Both the position numbers and the translations under genes were made by a program. Under the pieces are notes generated by a model, which was given only the letters and a program-made list of their open reading frames with translations, ran no database searches and had not been told where the DNA came from. Positions 35,055-49,741 of a stretch of DNA of 64,000 nt are shown here, in pieces (position 1 is the stretch's first letter; each line of letters opens with the position of its first letter). The DNA comes from Azolla caroliniana (Eukaryota > Plantae > Polypodiophyta). The stretch is taken from the NCBI GenBank assembly GCA_043228905.1, contig JBHGNT010000020.1, forward strand, positions 10,044,001-10,108,000, in the 5' to 3' direction.

Positions 35055-38000
35055 TTTTTTTTCCAAAAAAAAAACTTCTTCCATTAGTTATAAAATTTTA
35101 CAAATGAGACGATTATGTACAAATCCTTGTAGGGACGCGATAGTTCCATCTTATGTGGATGCCCACTAACTCAAGAAAGGGAGAGGACGACCATTGTTGG
35201 ATGAAGGCTATTTGTTGTCTTTCAACTCCATCGGAGCTGCCCTTGAGGTCATCATATTGGCTCTTTAGAGTAGCTACAATTTCACTCCATATCTCTTGCA
35301 GTAACCTTGTTGGATGCACGGTTTGGTTGGAGAAGACTCGTCTACACCGTTGTTTCCATAGAATCCAAAGAGTTATTGGGTTGACCAATTCCAACACAAC
35401 TTGAGATTTGTCATTAAGAGGAGTTGAGTGGACATTGTCACTGGAGGAGAAAAAAACCTCTTGTGCTTTTCTCACCAAAGTCATCCCCTCCTCTTGATGC
35501 CCGTATCTGTCAACTGCGGTCTGCCATGATAGCCAACATATATTTCCCCACTTGATTGAGCCTTGCACCTAGCATAATTGCAACAAGCGGCCAATCCCCC
35601 GCCATATTCGATGGGACGTTGGGCAGTCCCACAGAGCGTGTCGTATTGATTCTACTGCATATGGGCACTCTACACAATTAGGAGAGCTAAGGTTCCCACG
35701 TTGCCATGCTCCCACCGGTAGGGACTTATGTATGAATAACCATTGGAACGTGGTAATTCGCCTTGTGTGTTGTTGTTTCTAGATTTTCTGCCAAAACTTG
35801 GTGATTATTGTGGGAGGAACTTGAAATGTGTGCCAGACCTTCGCAACAATCGGCTCTCGGGCGGTTTGAGCAGCTAGAAGGTGGCGATCCAATCTAGTTG
35901 TGAATTGGAATAAAGGGATGAGTTTGCTTCATTGCCCCACGTAAGGATCACGCCATGTCCATTGCAAAGGGTCCTAACTGACCTTACGTAGCCATGTGTT
36001 TTCATGAGTACATATGTACCAATCGGGTTGTACTTTGATCAGATCAGGATCTACAATCCATTTATCACCAGTATATGCGAGTACTGGAATTGTGTTATTC
36101 TGTGTTGGTGTTTCAGTGTCTCGCAATTCAGAGCCTTCGAGCCTGTCTGGTGGTCCCCTACCTCTCGGGATCAGAGATCCCTCCTCGTGGCCTATCCATT
36201 TCTCCATTGTCATCTTTTGAGTAGCAGTTTCCCTAATCAGTAGAGCGCTAATGATTTCCGATCTCATAGTCCATCTGCCTATGATTCCATGGAGTATGTT
36301 GGCTTGATCTTGTAGTGGCAGTGACATAAACCGTCGCTAGCATTTTATACTTTTTCCTGGACCTTCTGCAATGTATCCCCATGACAACCCCTTACGTGAT
36401 CCCACTAGTTGATTAGATTCATCCTTGATACATGGGTTCCATAGGATACGTTGATTGAGCCAGGCAGGTTCAAATCTCTGTTGATCACACTTGAGCCCTT
36501 GCCTAATGTCACATCATGCCTTCCACATGGATGCACTGAATCTATCCTCCAATTGGCGGGAGAAACTAGGTTTGAGATCCATGTTTAGAATCCATCCCGT
36601 TTGGGGGGCCCAATTGACCCCTTTTCGTGGCCTAAAGTAAGAGAAACGTAACCGTAGTAGCATTTTCCAACAGACATTTTCTAGTTGGAGTCCACGCACC
36701 ACAAATTTGGCAAGTAAGGCTTTTGATTGTGAAAGGGGATCAATAAGACGCAATCCCCCTCTCGACTTAGGCGTTGTGAGTATAGACCACACCACCTTGG
36801 CGCGAGCTACATGGTCTTCCTTACCAGACCAAATGTACTTGCGGACCAGTCGTTGAATCTGATGTATACTTTCCTTGGAGATTGTCCACCATGATAGATT
36901 GTACCATGCTGTTGCGAGTAGTACCTAGTTTGCCACTATGATGCAACCCGCTAGCGACAGTTTTTTTGAGCTCCAATGTATCAACTTTTGTCAAATGGAA
37001 TGGATAACGGGTGCAATTATAGTCTCCGGCGGTATGTTGAAACCAATTTGGAAACCCAAATATTTGGTGCTCACTCCTTGATTGATCCATTTGAAAGCGG
37101 GATGTGGGTGCCACGCCGGATGTGTTTCATGAGAAAGCCATATTGCGCAGGATTTGTGCCAATTGATCATGGCATTGGATCTCTTGCAAAATACAGCAAG
37201 CCCATTTTTTAGCTTTTGGAGGTTTCCCAAGTCCCCTTGCAGGTAGATCGTTGTGTCATTTGCAAATTCTATATCCAGGATGCTTTGGTGAGAATGAGGT
37301 ACGGGAAGACCATGTAGGTTGAGATGCCGCGAGTTGAGAAAGCAAGAGAGTGCTTCGGCGTATAATAGAAATAAGGATGGAGCTAGTAGGCATCCTTGTC
37401 GTACAGATCGAGATATTCGAAAAAAGGGGCCCCTTTCACCTGCCAATGAAATGCAACTACTGTCATTCCTATAAAGTCCTGCAATGCCTTTGATCCATGT
37501 CTCTTGAAAGCCGAGTTTCCCCATCACACTTTCTAGAAAGTTCCAGCATACCCTGTCATATGCTTTCTCAAAATCTAGTAGCACCACCGCGACATTGTTG
37601 TTGGTACGCTTGGCAAGGGCTACTGCTTCACAGAATGAGAAGAGGTTGTCTAGGATGCTCCGATTTCTAACGAACCCTGTCTGGGGCGGATGAATGAGTT
37701 GAGGGAGAAGTGGTGTTAAACGGCGTGCCACGATTTTTGCGAGCAACTTATAGACAATATTGAGAAGAGTTATGGGCCGTCACTTGCTAATGTCGTTGCC
37801 ACTCCCACCACTTTTAGGAATGAGATGTATCATCCCTTGTCCAAATTCCTCCGGAATGCTTCCAGAGGTGATGATCTCCTCATATGCCCGGAGGAGGTCT
37901 TCTTTAATAGTGTCCAAAGGCATGTGAAAAAGTGCGGGGTGAGGCCGTCGATTTCGGGGCAACTATCGGCATCCAAATCAGAGAGGGCCTCCCATATCTC

Positions 38001-38159
38001 GATGATTGACAGGGGACGCACAAGCCATGTATTCATTTCCGATGTGACTTTCTCAGGTATGCTCTGGAGGATAATATCTTCTCTTATGTCTTCCCCTATA
38101 GCCATAATATCTTCGGTAAATAGGCAGTCATAGTAACTTGTGGCAATATTCCTCATTTC
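35055..38159 (-). mobile_element. 5'-truncated, degenerate L1-clade LINE (ORF2 RT and C-terminal Cys-rich region)
   Basis: TSD AATGATAATTGTTATT at 35039-35054 and 38160-38175; poly(T) on + at 35053-35062 is the poly(A) tail. RT motifs QTGFVRNRSILDN, LDFEKAYDRV, VRQGC, FANDT; CVEC...HALWDC near 35630-35680. Confidence 0.92.
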
Positions 38160-41100
38160 AATGATAATTGTTATTGTTATTGGGGAATTACACCACAAAT
38201 AAATGGAAGAGTAATGGAAGTAAAATGACACTAACCATGTTAAGGGCATACTACATATAGGTTTACCATATAATTAGTGAGATTTTCCCCTGCTATTCAT
38301 GACATTATAATATATGGCAAAAGATGTGAGGGGGAGTGGGTACTTTTTTTATTTTTATTTTTGGATGATTGAGTATATTGAGTATAACCCATTATTTTAA
38401 GACATCACTAAATGTATTTCTTTTAGAACAAATATAAATGGTTATGGTTTTGTTAAGGAATATTGTGTGAAGGAAGTGAGAAAGATAATGTGTGTGTGTG
38501 TGTGTGTGTTTTCCAAAAAGAAGCTATTTTCCCATAAGTTAGGACTCAGGAGAAAAGATAATGTGTGTTATTTTTATTCTTTTCATAATTGCCTAAACCC
38601 CAATCTTTCGATATGGTGCCCCATTGAGCATATTTAGATTAAATGTGGAAGAACTCGAAGTACGAAGTTGAATATATGCGTGCGAATTCCTCAAATCCAT
38701 GTCAAGGTGAGACATTGTGCGTTTACATAAAACATCAATGAATCGGAAGAAATGGTTGATGAGTTTGTAAAACACAATGACATTGATGAGGTTACCATTT
38801 TGGGAATGTGGCCATCGTGCTTTTGTTATTCCTAGATAGGGTGGTGCCTTTAGCATAAACTTTAGAGGTTAATAAGTTGAGTGTCAATTGTTGAAAAGCA
38901 AAGCTTATGCTTGTGAAGACGTAACACCATACATTGTGTACAATAATGAATCACTTGAGATGGTAGAAAGCTTTTAAATACCATTGACCTGTGGTTCTGA
39001 CAAATCGTAGATTGAATGAATGTCTTGCTCAATGCTTGGGGACAAGAAAGAAAACTTCCTATCATCTATGCATTTGAGAACTTACGCAATAAATGAGAAG
39101 GGTGAAAGCGTGGGAATGGGAACAATTAGTTGTCCTTGACATAACTAATTAGCTATGCAAAACGTTGCATGTAATTTGCATATTTTGGCATTTTTACGGA
39201 TTATCAAAATATGATCTCAAATAAAGGTTGACTAAAATGTGCACCATAAATGGTTATATTTCTCTCCCCACAATAAATGATATGTATCTTTAGGATTTTC
39301 TCACTAAATATTAGCTAAAAAAACTACTTAACTGTGATAATTTTAGCTACATATTACCTATAATAGTGTTTCCATTCACATGCTTTTACTCTGAAATCAA
39401 ATGTTGGGTTCCAAAAAAATGTTTCCTTGATACTGTGGTGACGTTGGTGCTTCTCTAAGGGGTTGTAGGTTGTATGGTAGCTTCCTTAAGTCTACAATGT
39501 ACACGGAAAGATATTGAAATCTCTACAAGCAATTTCTCATCATACAACATTTTTGAACATGGTTCTTATTCCTCATGACCAAATCAATCAATTTTGATTG
39601 AGATCAAGGAATGAAAAGGGTTGTTGTCAATTTTGAATTGCTTCTTTTGCACCGTTCAAGTGGAAGATATTACTCATTGTTTCATACAATGTTTGATTTC
39701 TTGTCAAATTTGGATTACATTTCTCAAATTTGGCAAGTTTTATTACGATGTTATTTGACGCCAAGACAATGGGTGTTTGCACAATTCACATAAGAAACTC
39801 AAAATCAGAGTTAGAGATTATTTTCCTATTTCTGAGGTATTAGGGATTGTGGCACAATTGGGATATGAACAATGCTTTCATATTTGATAGTAGCCATGGA
39901 GGCAAAGCATATCTATGAAAGTTGAAGGGAGTATTAATGTGGCAATTTTCTTTATTGGACCAAGTAAAGATTCTTTCCTCGGTGGAGTGTTCAACTTGCT
40001 TATTTGGCAAATTTGTTCCACCACAAGTAGTGTTTTTCACACACATTTATTAATATAATTATGTGTTTCACCAAGAGAAAGAGAGATCTATGGGACCAAA
40101 AGTGTAACATTTTCTTGTATTATGTGGAGTAGCGACTCTCAATGTTCAAGAATTTTACTAATGAAAATCACAATATAGAGAACATTAGATTGTGCGAAAA
40201 ATGTGTACAGAGATAACGTTGGGTTCACAATTTGTGGAAACCAAACTCTAATGTGATTGAAGGGGGGCACTGCAATAAAGTACAATACTTGAATTGACAA
40301 ACTTGTTTAGAACGAAAATATGTGTGATGCGTCTACTTGCATGTGCCTCAATGTTGTCTCACACCAAAGAGAACGTGAGCAAGTATGGAAGCAATGGTGT
40401 AAATGGGAAATAAAAGAATGGGCTACATGATTTATAATAGGTGAGTGGGTTTTTTTGTCTGAAGAAGAAGATGGTTTTATAGTTTGGTGCAACATATGTA
40501 ATGCCATGTCTAAAACATGAGTATGTGTATCTCTCCTACCAGGTTATTGAAAAGCCCCATTCATAAAGGAATCTTTTGGGCATCATGAAGCGAGTGGCAT
40601 GCATTTGATATTCTAAACCATTCTTCTTCCATGTGGACCTATCAGACCCATTTCCTAAAATAATAAGGTTCATTTGATGTCTCTCTAGTAGTGTATACTA
40701 CCAATGATTTATTTTTTGCTTGACATTTTCCTTGTAATCAATCATATGGTGTATCATGTCTCATTGTTGTGATTAAGATGCCAACAAAGATTCCTTTCTC
40801 GTCATTTTCAACCGTTAATCTAATGATTCATAGTGCGAGAAAATAACCCCTTCAAGGGTAATTGATGGCTAATCAATGTTCACCTTGCATTGTAGTGTAG
40901 CAAGCAAGGTTGGTCTCAAAACAATATGGAACCCCACATATTTTGCATGGCATTAAAATTCCTCCATGATTTTTAGGGCATTCATATAATTGGAAAGGTT
41001 GCAATATAACCAACACTTGGTTTAACCAATGTGTTCTTCTTACCAAGAATAATGTTGATTTTATAACATGCTCATTTAGTTGTTATAGGCATAATCTTAC

Positions 41101-42234
41101 AAACCAATTATTTAGCTAATTTTAATGGGTAGGAGTGTTGAGCTATGTAATGGGGACAAACTACCCCTCCATTACGACATCTTCAGATGTTGGGACTCTA
41201 TTGGTGAGGCTTAGCTCTCATCTTCAAATCTGTTATTCAACATCCATGGTATAACATAAGGTAATATTCAATGGTATAGACACCAACGGTTATTATTGTT
41301 AATCACATCTCCTTCACTCATGGGCACTGTTAATCTATTGTTCTCCTTAGTCTCTCAGTCTTTTGCTCATCATTGGTTCAACTTGTCATACTAACTTTAG
41401 AGCAACCTATAAATTGGCGAAGGAGAAAGACTTGAACACTTCCCATCCTTTGAAATCTGCTAAACCTTCATTGGCTAGAGAAATGTGGGAATATCACTTT
41501 GTATGAAACAGAGGTACAACTGATTTGAAACTAAGCAAATCTAGTCCAAACATCTCACTACTTTTTTGTCCACAGAAAATGAATTCTAGTTCCACTTTAT
41601 TCAATGGTCTCCTTGATTACAATTTGCTCCTTGACATGAAATACCAGAGATCTATAAGCAAACTGACAAGGATGTCGCATCAATCAGAATACAGAAATTT
41701 GATGAGAATATTAAACTTTAATCTTATATCAATCAGAGTAACAGTTTTACCACATTTTAACTACCATCACATACATAACCTATTCAATCCTCTCCCCCAA
41801 AACCAAACTAATTTTCATGATTTCAACAAAAATAATGGCCTGCTAATTTTGACTGCCCAAGACACAACCACCACAAAAGATCAAAGTTTCTGGAATGTCC
41901 ATCAACTCCCGGACATCAATCAGTGTTGCGAAATTACTAAAAATGAAGAAACAAATTATCAGTGAAACAAAAAGGAAGGAAAGAATAAATAGAAAAAGAA
42001 CTCTTGAATTGAATGTACAGAAAATTATCTTTTTCCTCTTAAAACATTTTAAAGAGGTTTTCCATCGACAAATTTTGCTAAGACAGCTATTACATTTAGA
42101 TTTGCATGTCAGTGATATGAGATATCGATATGATGATATGTGCCCCCCCTCCAAATAACGAGAGGAAAAAAAGAAAAGCATCAATCAATCACCTACATGA
42201 TGAAAACCATGGCTCTATGATATTTAACTCTACA

Positions 42235-45200
42235 CTAGCTAAGGGTAACACCATCGAGTGCCAATGCCAATCCATCAAAGCCAGTATCAGATTTGCTCTC
42301 CCCCTGCATATCCAAGGAGACAATGTCATTTAAGTCAGATATAGAGCTTCAACACATTCCTTGCAAGTCGAAATATGAAAAACTCTAGCCTTCTTAGGTG
42401 ACATACCACCAAGTATTTTTCTCTTTACTTCCGTAAGGACTTCTGCTTACACTTCTCATCCCAGTCTTAAATCATATATACCTTAATCAAATTTTTTATT
42501 TATTCACGGAATCGTTTTTGAGCTTGGTTCCGAAAACTATAATTGTAACGATTGTCAAATTTTACTAATATCTCACCTCTTGGTTTAATCTCTGTTCCTC
42601 TGCCCGAGCAGCAGCCTCAGCTTGCGCTATTCTTTGACGGAATGTCTGAGCCATCTCTTCAGCCTGGAAGTCACAAGTCCATTTAAGCTCACTCCAAATC
42701 TTAGGTTCCTTTTTGTGTTATAAGTCACGTGTATACAACTTATGCATATACACCTTATGTGTGTTCCATTTTGTGTGTAAATCAAAAGCATCAAATCTGA
42801 GCAATGATGAAAATGCATTAACAAAGCTCACCGATTCATATACAAGAGCAGGATTGCGGAGCATGTCTCCAGGCGTTGGTTCAAGCTTCTTGGTTGAGAG
42901 ACTTATTCTTCCTCTTTCACGATCTTGACTCACAATCATAACCTGTTGATTTTTTAATCATATGGTATCAGACCCTGAAACTTCATGCACTTGGAAAACT
43001 ACATCCCCTTTGCACAACCCAAAAATGTAACGCTCATAATAATCACCTTGAGTTTATCCCCTGGTTGTAGAACATTTTCAACATTTGTGATCCTATCATG
43101 GCTGATCTGACTAATGTGAAGCAAACCACTTATCCCTCCAATGTCTATGAATGCTCCATAAGGTTTCACAGTTTGCACCACACCTTCCACTACAGAGCCA
43201 ATGCCAAGTGAAGTTTGACTCTCCACTCGTGCCTTCTTGTTGCTTAACACTAGACGTTCTTGCTCCTCATCGACCTCCATAAATTTGAGTGGTATGATCT
43301 TGTCAAGAAGATTCTCAAATGCCGTTTTCTATTTTCAAAAAAGAAAAATTGAAGAAAAAAGAGGATCATGAATTAGCTTATTATCAAGAGAAATCCCTAA
43401 ACAATAAATAGTAGCTTCTGAATAGAGATATCTCAACTGAAGTCACATGGGAGAAGGGCACAAAACCCCTCAAACCCTCAATATCCACAACAACACCACC
43501 TCTGTTCTCTGCAACTACCTGCAATCCATGTAAGTAGAGTCAGCGAATAACTAATAACCAGAAAATACAAAAACTTCTGATCCTAATGAATATCAGAAGA
43601 AAGAGGCAATTAAACAGACTCATGAAACAATTCATTTTCTTCTTTTCTTTGAAGTAATTTTGAGAGATTGTATGTGGTATGCGTCATGTGCATTGTACAT
43701 ATATGCATGCTACATGCACATCTGTATGAGATCAAAACATTTGGAACTCTATAAAGCAACAAACTGGGAATTCCCATTCTGAAATGCATTATAGAGATAA
43801 AATTTACACAATTATACTCCTCCATACAGAGGTTAATCTCTACAAACAAGAATAGTCCCTCGGAAAGGTGGTACTAGAATTCAATGATCAATTTCCGAGC
43901 ACTTTTCAAACTGGTTTTTACAATGATCCCACAACCCAATTCATTTATGAAATTCACAAACACATGGAAAAGAACCATGAAACAATTTTGTCACTTTATG
44001 CATCTTAAGTGTAGATGTGGATCCTCCACAACCTTTCATATGGAACCCTGTTTTTCCATTTGTACCCAAAGCATTTGATGAACAGAAATTTTCTTGGGGT
44101 CAAATACTTCAAGATGAAGATTGCTTATCCTTGAAATGAAGTTTTCGTAGAATGTATGTACATCAGCATATCCACATCGACTGTGTATTTGTATATACAA
44201 GAAATGAAAAACAAATTGCCTCCAAATAAAAAATTCACCAAGATGAAAATTTTCAATAGCAAATGTTCAGGCTTCAGTTTTGTAATTCTCTATATCTGTT
44301 CATGTAGTAATTCAGTCTACAATGCAGTGATATCCTCAACAAGACACATACAAGTGTGGTATAACATATCTTACAGGTAAATCGTTTGCATTGTGCCCAT
44401 GCTTGTTGTATGTTTCTTGTCAAAACATTTATTTGTCTCATATACTTTACTAACGTAATATATCAGGGAGTATATCGGTTGTACTTACAGGTGCCTTTAC
44501 AACTGCATCCTCAGCCTGTAACTGTCTACACCGCTCCCATGCTAAGTCAAACTGAAGTTTCCTCAAGCTCAAAATCATCCGACCATTCTCATCATCACTC
44601 CTAGAAATGTAGAAATCCTCCTCAACGCCTGGTCTAAGGCCGATCTCTTCTACATGTTTTAGCTTAAGAATGGATGCCTCATTCGTAGGCAAAAAGGCAG
44701 GTGCTTTAGCACCAATATCAACCAAGGCCCCATTGTTATCAGCTAGAAACACAACCCCCTTCACCTGGAAAAAACACAACATTTATTTATGCTGATTTTG
44801 TATAGATTTGTAAAACCAAAAATATTTTATTGAAAAAACACAAAGAGATGATGCAAGAAAATAACGCTGGAAGAAACTAACAGATTGTAACATCATCGTA
44901 GCATGACAATGCACCCTAGTTTAGAGTAAGTTTTTTATTCAAAGAGTTAAAGTAGAAGATAAGAAAGATGATTAGATACAAGAGAGAAGAGCATTGCAAA
45001 AAATATCTTCCTGCTTCTAATGCCATGGAATCCCTACCATACTCAAGCATACTGAATAAAGCGGTAAATTTTGCTGAAACCATATCATCAAACAGTATTT
45101 TACAAGTCTCCCTTTTTCTACATATTTGGTTTTTATAGTTACATGATGGAGGTCAAAATACGAAGCAAACTGTCTTTTTTATATTTTGACAAATCTTACG

Positions 45201-45906
45201 AACAACCTGTATATTAAACAAACCCTATGCATATACCAAATAAAATTCTATCAACCATGTTATATATAGACCCAGTGAACAACATACACTATGAACAACC
45301 TACATACCCAACAAAAGCCTATAAAGTTACTATGTATATATACACCAAACAAATCCTATAAATATGCTATATACACCAAACAAATCCATTGAACATATTA
45401 TGTATAAAATAAACCTCATGAACAACCTATATCACAAGTAAAACTCTATCGACATATTATGTGGAAAGAAAACATATGAATTACCTGTATATCAAGTTAA
45501 AAAACTATGAAAGCAAAAACTGAATAAAAAGAAGAAGAATAGAGGAAATCCGACTCACTGTTTGACCGAGCTCAAAATTGAAGTCGAATTTCGAGAGGGC
45601 TTGAGAGAAATCATTCTGTGTGAAATTAAGACCTTCGAGGGGGTTCTCCATGGCACGAAGCCATCTCTCCTCAGCAGCAGCAAGAAGGTTGTCTTTCTTC
45701 TTAGGAACCACAGCTAATGCACACTGCACTCTACTACCATTGGAAGAAGAAGAAGAAGAAGAAGAAGAAGAAGAAGAAGAAGAAGACGGGAATACTCTGT
45801 TCAATCTCTTTCCTCCTAACCCACATCCTCCAACAAACCCCAAGTGAGGGTTGGGTAGAGGATCCTTTAAAACGGAGCCTGATATGCACTGTGCTACTGC
45901 AGCCAT
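42235..45906 (-). CDS. PRPS1: Nuclear-encoded plastid 30S ribosomal protein S1; 7 coding exons, ~417 aa
   Basis: Exons 45906-45559, 44764-44489, 43518-43438, 43328-43047, 42942-42832, 42663-42577, 42303-42235; all GT-AG, phase 0. Ser-rich transit peptide; three S1 domains ([37 protein letters not shown]); [16 protein letters not shown]. The last exon is less certain. Confidence 0.93.
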
Positions 45907-45975
45907 GGAAGAAGAAGAAGAAGAAGAAGAAGAAGACTGAATGAATGAAGGGATGAATGAAGAAGAAGAAGAAGA
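45743..45975. repeat. (GAA)n microsatellites in the PRPS1 transit-peptide region and 5' UTR
   Basis: Pure GAA runs at ~45743-45787, 45908-45935 and 45959-45975. Confidence 0.9.
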
Positions 45976-48900
45976 AAAATGAATGATTGAATGATGATGA
46001 ATGATCGATCACCTTCCACACAACACTTCTTCTTCAGATAAGCTTTCCTCCTCCTTCCATAATGTAATGTAATGGGCCATGGCCTTCTTTCCTTGTGTGT
46101 CTTCTTCTTGTCTTGTGTCTGTCTGTGTGTGTGTGTACACACATTCTGTTGCTATACTTCTCGGCCCATGACGGTGCCCACCACGAAAAGAAGAAGAAGG
46201 AAAAAACCTTTTGCCTCGGTTGCATGTTCTGCCCAACTGCCCCCGTCTGTCTGTCCGTTGTGGCTCTTATGAGTCGCGGTCGTCGCACATCAAGACTATA
46301 GGTAATGAATGTACGTGAGAGAAAGAGCTCGAGGAAGCCTTCGGGTGCTCCAGATGTGTTTGTGTCTATGTTCGTGTCTAGGTGTGTCTGTGTCTGTGTC
46401 TAGGTGTGTCTATGTCTGTGTTCGTTGTCTCTGTGCGCATTGAGAGGTTTGTCGCTTGTTGGGAACCCATAACCCTAAGGCTGAGAGAGAATGTTTCGTG
46501 GCGACATTAAAGTCGTGCCCATCGCATGTTGGGTGGGACTGGAGAGAGGAGGACCTCATAAAGCCAATTATGAGTGACATGTATGCGTCTTGTGCGAACA
46601 ACCATTTGAGTTTTCGTGACAAGTGTTAGTTGTAAGTACCAATGAGCCCATTGTTAGGGGAGGTTGCATACTATGATTGTATTTAAATAGTACAAGGGTT
46701 GCAAGATCAAGACATGACCCATTAGTATATCATTGATGGAGGGTGCGCACAACACATCTCATTCGAGTTGTGACCTTTGCCTATTCTTACAAGAAAGAGG
46801 ACCTTGATGAAGCTCATGGGGGCACCATGTGCATATGTGCACTTGCAAAGATTTTTAGAAGATTAGCCCATAATCCATTTGTTGGTGTAGAGTGTATAAT
46901 GGCTCTTAAGAGTTGTGATTGTCACATGATGAGAGAGGAGGGTCTACGAAGAGGGATCTATGGGATTAGGAGAATGCCCATAAACCCAAGGCTTATGTTC
47001 ATAGTCTTGACCATCTCACCTACGGTCCACGGAGTTACAAACTTGAGGTAGGAACTCAAGGAGGCATGTGAAAGTGCCATATATAAACATGCATGAGTAC
47101 ATAGGATTTTATGGGATCATGATATGGTTCATTAGTTGAAATCTAACGACAGATATGTGGTGCACATCTCTTGAGAGTCTCGTCGATTTGGGTGTTCAAG
47201 GGAAAATCAAAGTTATGAGCACCATAATTTTAGATTCATCATTATTATTTCTTATTATTTATCAAAAACTCTAATGCATCATGTTTTTGTGTGGGCTTTA
47301 ATGTGTGGGCCAGAATATCACATTATATTGTTTCTTCAAAATTTGGGTTTCCAATCACATATATATACACTTATATGATGATGATTGCATACCATTCTCA
47401 AGCTTAAATAGTTGCAAACACCTTATCGAATAAGTCTAGTTTTTGGCCAAATTAGTGACATTTACCCGAAAAATACGTGACATTCCGCATGTCTATGTGT
47501 GTATAGGATTTGGTCCATGAATTGAAGGTTGACGAAGGATGTGTAGTGTGGCTCTTGATAGTCTTGACCACTACATGTCAAAAATCAAGAGAGAATAAAC
47601 AAGTTTGCTAAAGAGTCATGTGTATGTGATGAGTTTCCAAAGTGAAGGTTGATGGAGGGTGTAATAACTCTTGAGAGGTGTAACTATCACATGTTGGCTG
47701 AGGTGAGGCAACTTCAAGCAAGCCTTTGAGATATGATGTACATGTGTGTGTGTGTATGTAAATCAATTTACATGACAATGACGAAAACATACAATGGTAA
47801 ATTGGTGGAGGGCATGTAGTCCAAATCCAAATTGCCTTTTTATGGATACTGCTTTGCGATTATAGATATCAAATCTCTTTTGGCATTTGGTTGTCAACTC
47901 CACTATGAGATAAGAAAGACATGGGCACACTTCATGGCCATTGATGGCTCATGAGTCATAACTTGTGAGCTAATTGTTTGGGATCGAAATTCATTTTTGG
48001 TCTCTTTCTTCTCATTTTATCCACATTGATAGGCATATGTCCAAGGGCCTACTTGGCCTTATCCACATTGCATTGGGATATTTGTCATCTAACCAAACTC
48101 ACAAACCTTTGTCCTAGGAAAGTGCTTGGTTGAAGTTTCTCTTGAAATGCAATGCTTTGCTCTTACTAAATCTCCAAGTGCTTGACTTTTTTTATCATTT
48201 AGATTAATGCACTCTTGTTTCTTGATTTTATTGTTCTTTATCAATCCTTCTTGTTGCTACTTGCCATATGAAAATATTGATTTCTTGAAATGTCACATCT
48301 CTTGAGGGGCCTAAATTTGATGTTCAACGTGCGTACAACATCCACTTTATATATTGGGGTCAAACTATTTAGAACACGTAACCCTCTTTACTCTTTTTTC
48401 TTGCTTTGTCTTGATATATTGTGTAATAGGATCTTGTGGATGAATTTAAGATAAAATTCATTACATAATTGGCACCTCCCAGGAATGGAAAGGCTCTTCA
48501 AGGGTTCATGGGTTAATCCGATTATTATAGCAAATTCATAAGCATAAAAGACAATATTCTCATATGAACTCTTGAAGGAATTCAAATGGTAGACAAATGC
48601 ACAAATCTATTTGAACTTATAAGAGAAATGCCTCGTGACAACTTGAGTCCTTGTGAATTGGAATACAAAAACAAATTCACATTCATGCAATTACTTTGAC
48701 TTTTGCCAATGGTGTGATGCTTTCCCAATGATGAAGTATAATTTCATCACATTGTCTTAATAACACTTAACACTAATCACTCACAAGTATGAGAGAGCTC
48801 TAGCTTGAATTACAAGGGGAAGACAAGAAGTGCATTCATACGTATACACCCCTTTCTTCTTTTGGTTTTATGTTTGTTTGTATATTCATTTTTTCATCAT

Positions 48901-49679
48901 ATCCCCCTTGTGCATCATGCTCGCTTTTTGTTTTGTCTTTATACACACATAAACTTCGATAGCTAGGTTCCATTGTTGAATGTATTCACTTATTGTGCAC
49001 ATAGCATTCTTCACTCAAGCATTTGTGTACGTGTTCCACATCCACTCTCTCCCCATTTCCAGGTGTTGAACCTCCACTCCCCTTTCCTCCCTGTTTCCTT
49101 TAGCTCTCATTCATATTCTCCTTTCCCTTCTATTTCACTTTTGTCCCCTTCACACCTCTACTTTTCCCACGGTAATGGTAGGAATACACTACATAGAAAG
49201 CCAAATGCATTGAAAGATCCATGCTCGGTGTGTGAAGAGACCATTTATCTTCGAGAATCGGATGCCATCAACATGCAAATCCTGTTCTCCAAACTCTTTA
49301 CCTGATGGGGAGGGTATATTCATGGACCACAACACTTCGTGAGCTCACCGGAGCACTTGCACCTCACGTTATTTCATCGACTTGAGTACCTTGGAGTTTT
49401 TTTTCAAATCTCCATTTGTGCTCAGTGATTATGCAAGGCACTTTTCCAAAGAGGACACTTGAACACATCATCTCCCAAGAACTTTCCGTGAACCAAACAC
49501 ACAAGGCGTTCAATCGAAGCTAAATCTCGAAAGGATTTTGACATTCATACCCTCGAAAGGATTGTGCAAAATCAATCCCTGAAGAGAACATGTGAGGTGT
49601 GGTCCCAAACACATCATTCAAGAACTCATCTCCTTACAAAAAATTCCAATGGCTCTTGAAAATATGTGATAGGTGGCGA

Positions 49680-49681
49680 AA

Positions 49682-49741
<60 letters not shown>
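49680..49741. repeat. (AAAT)n microsatellite
   Basis: About 15 perfect AAAT units. Confidence 0.95.

Noticed and set aside
34619-38304. Possible solo LTR (TGTCTCG...CATGACA) hosting the L1 insertion
   Set aside because: No matching TSD and no second copy in the window.
47800-48760. Faint gypsy-like remnants (e.g. ALQGFMG..YYSKFI)
   Set aside because: Too degraded to assign boundaries or a family.
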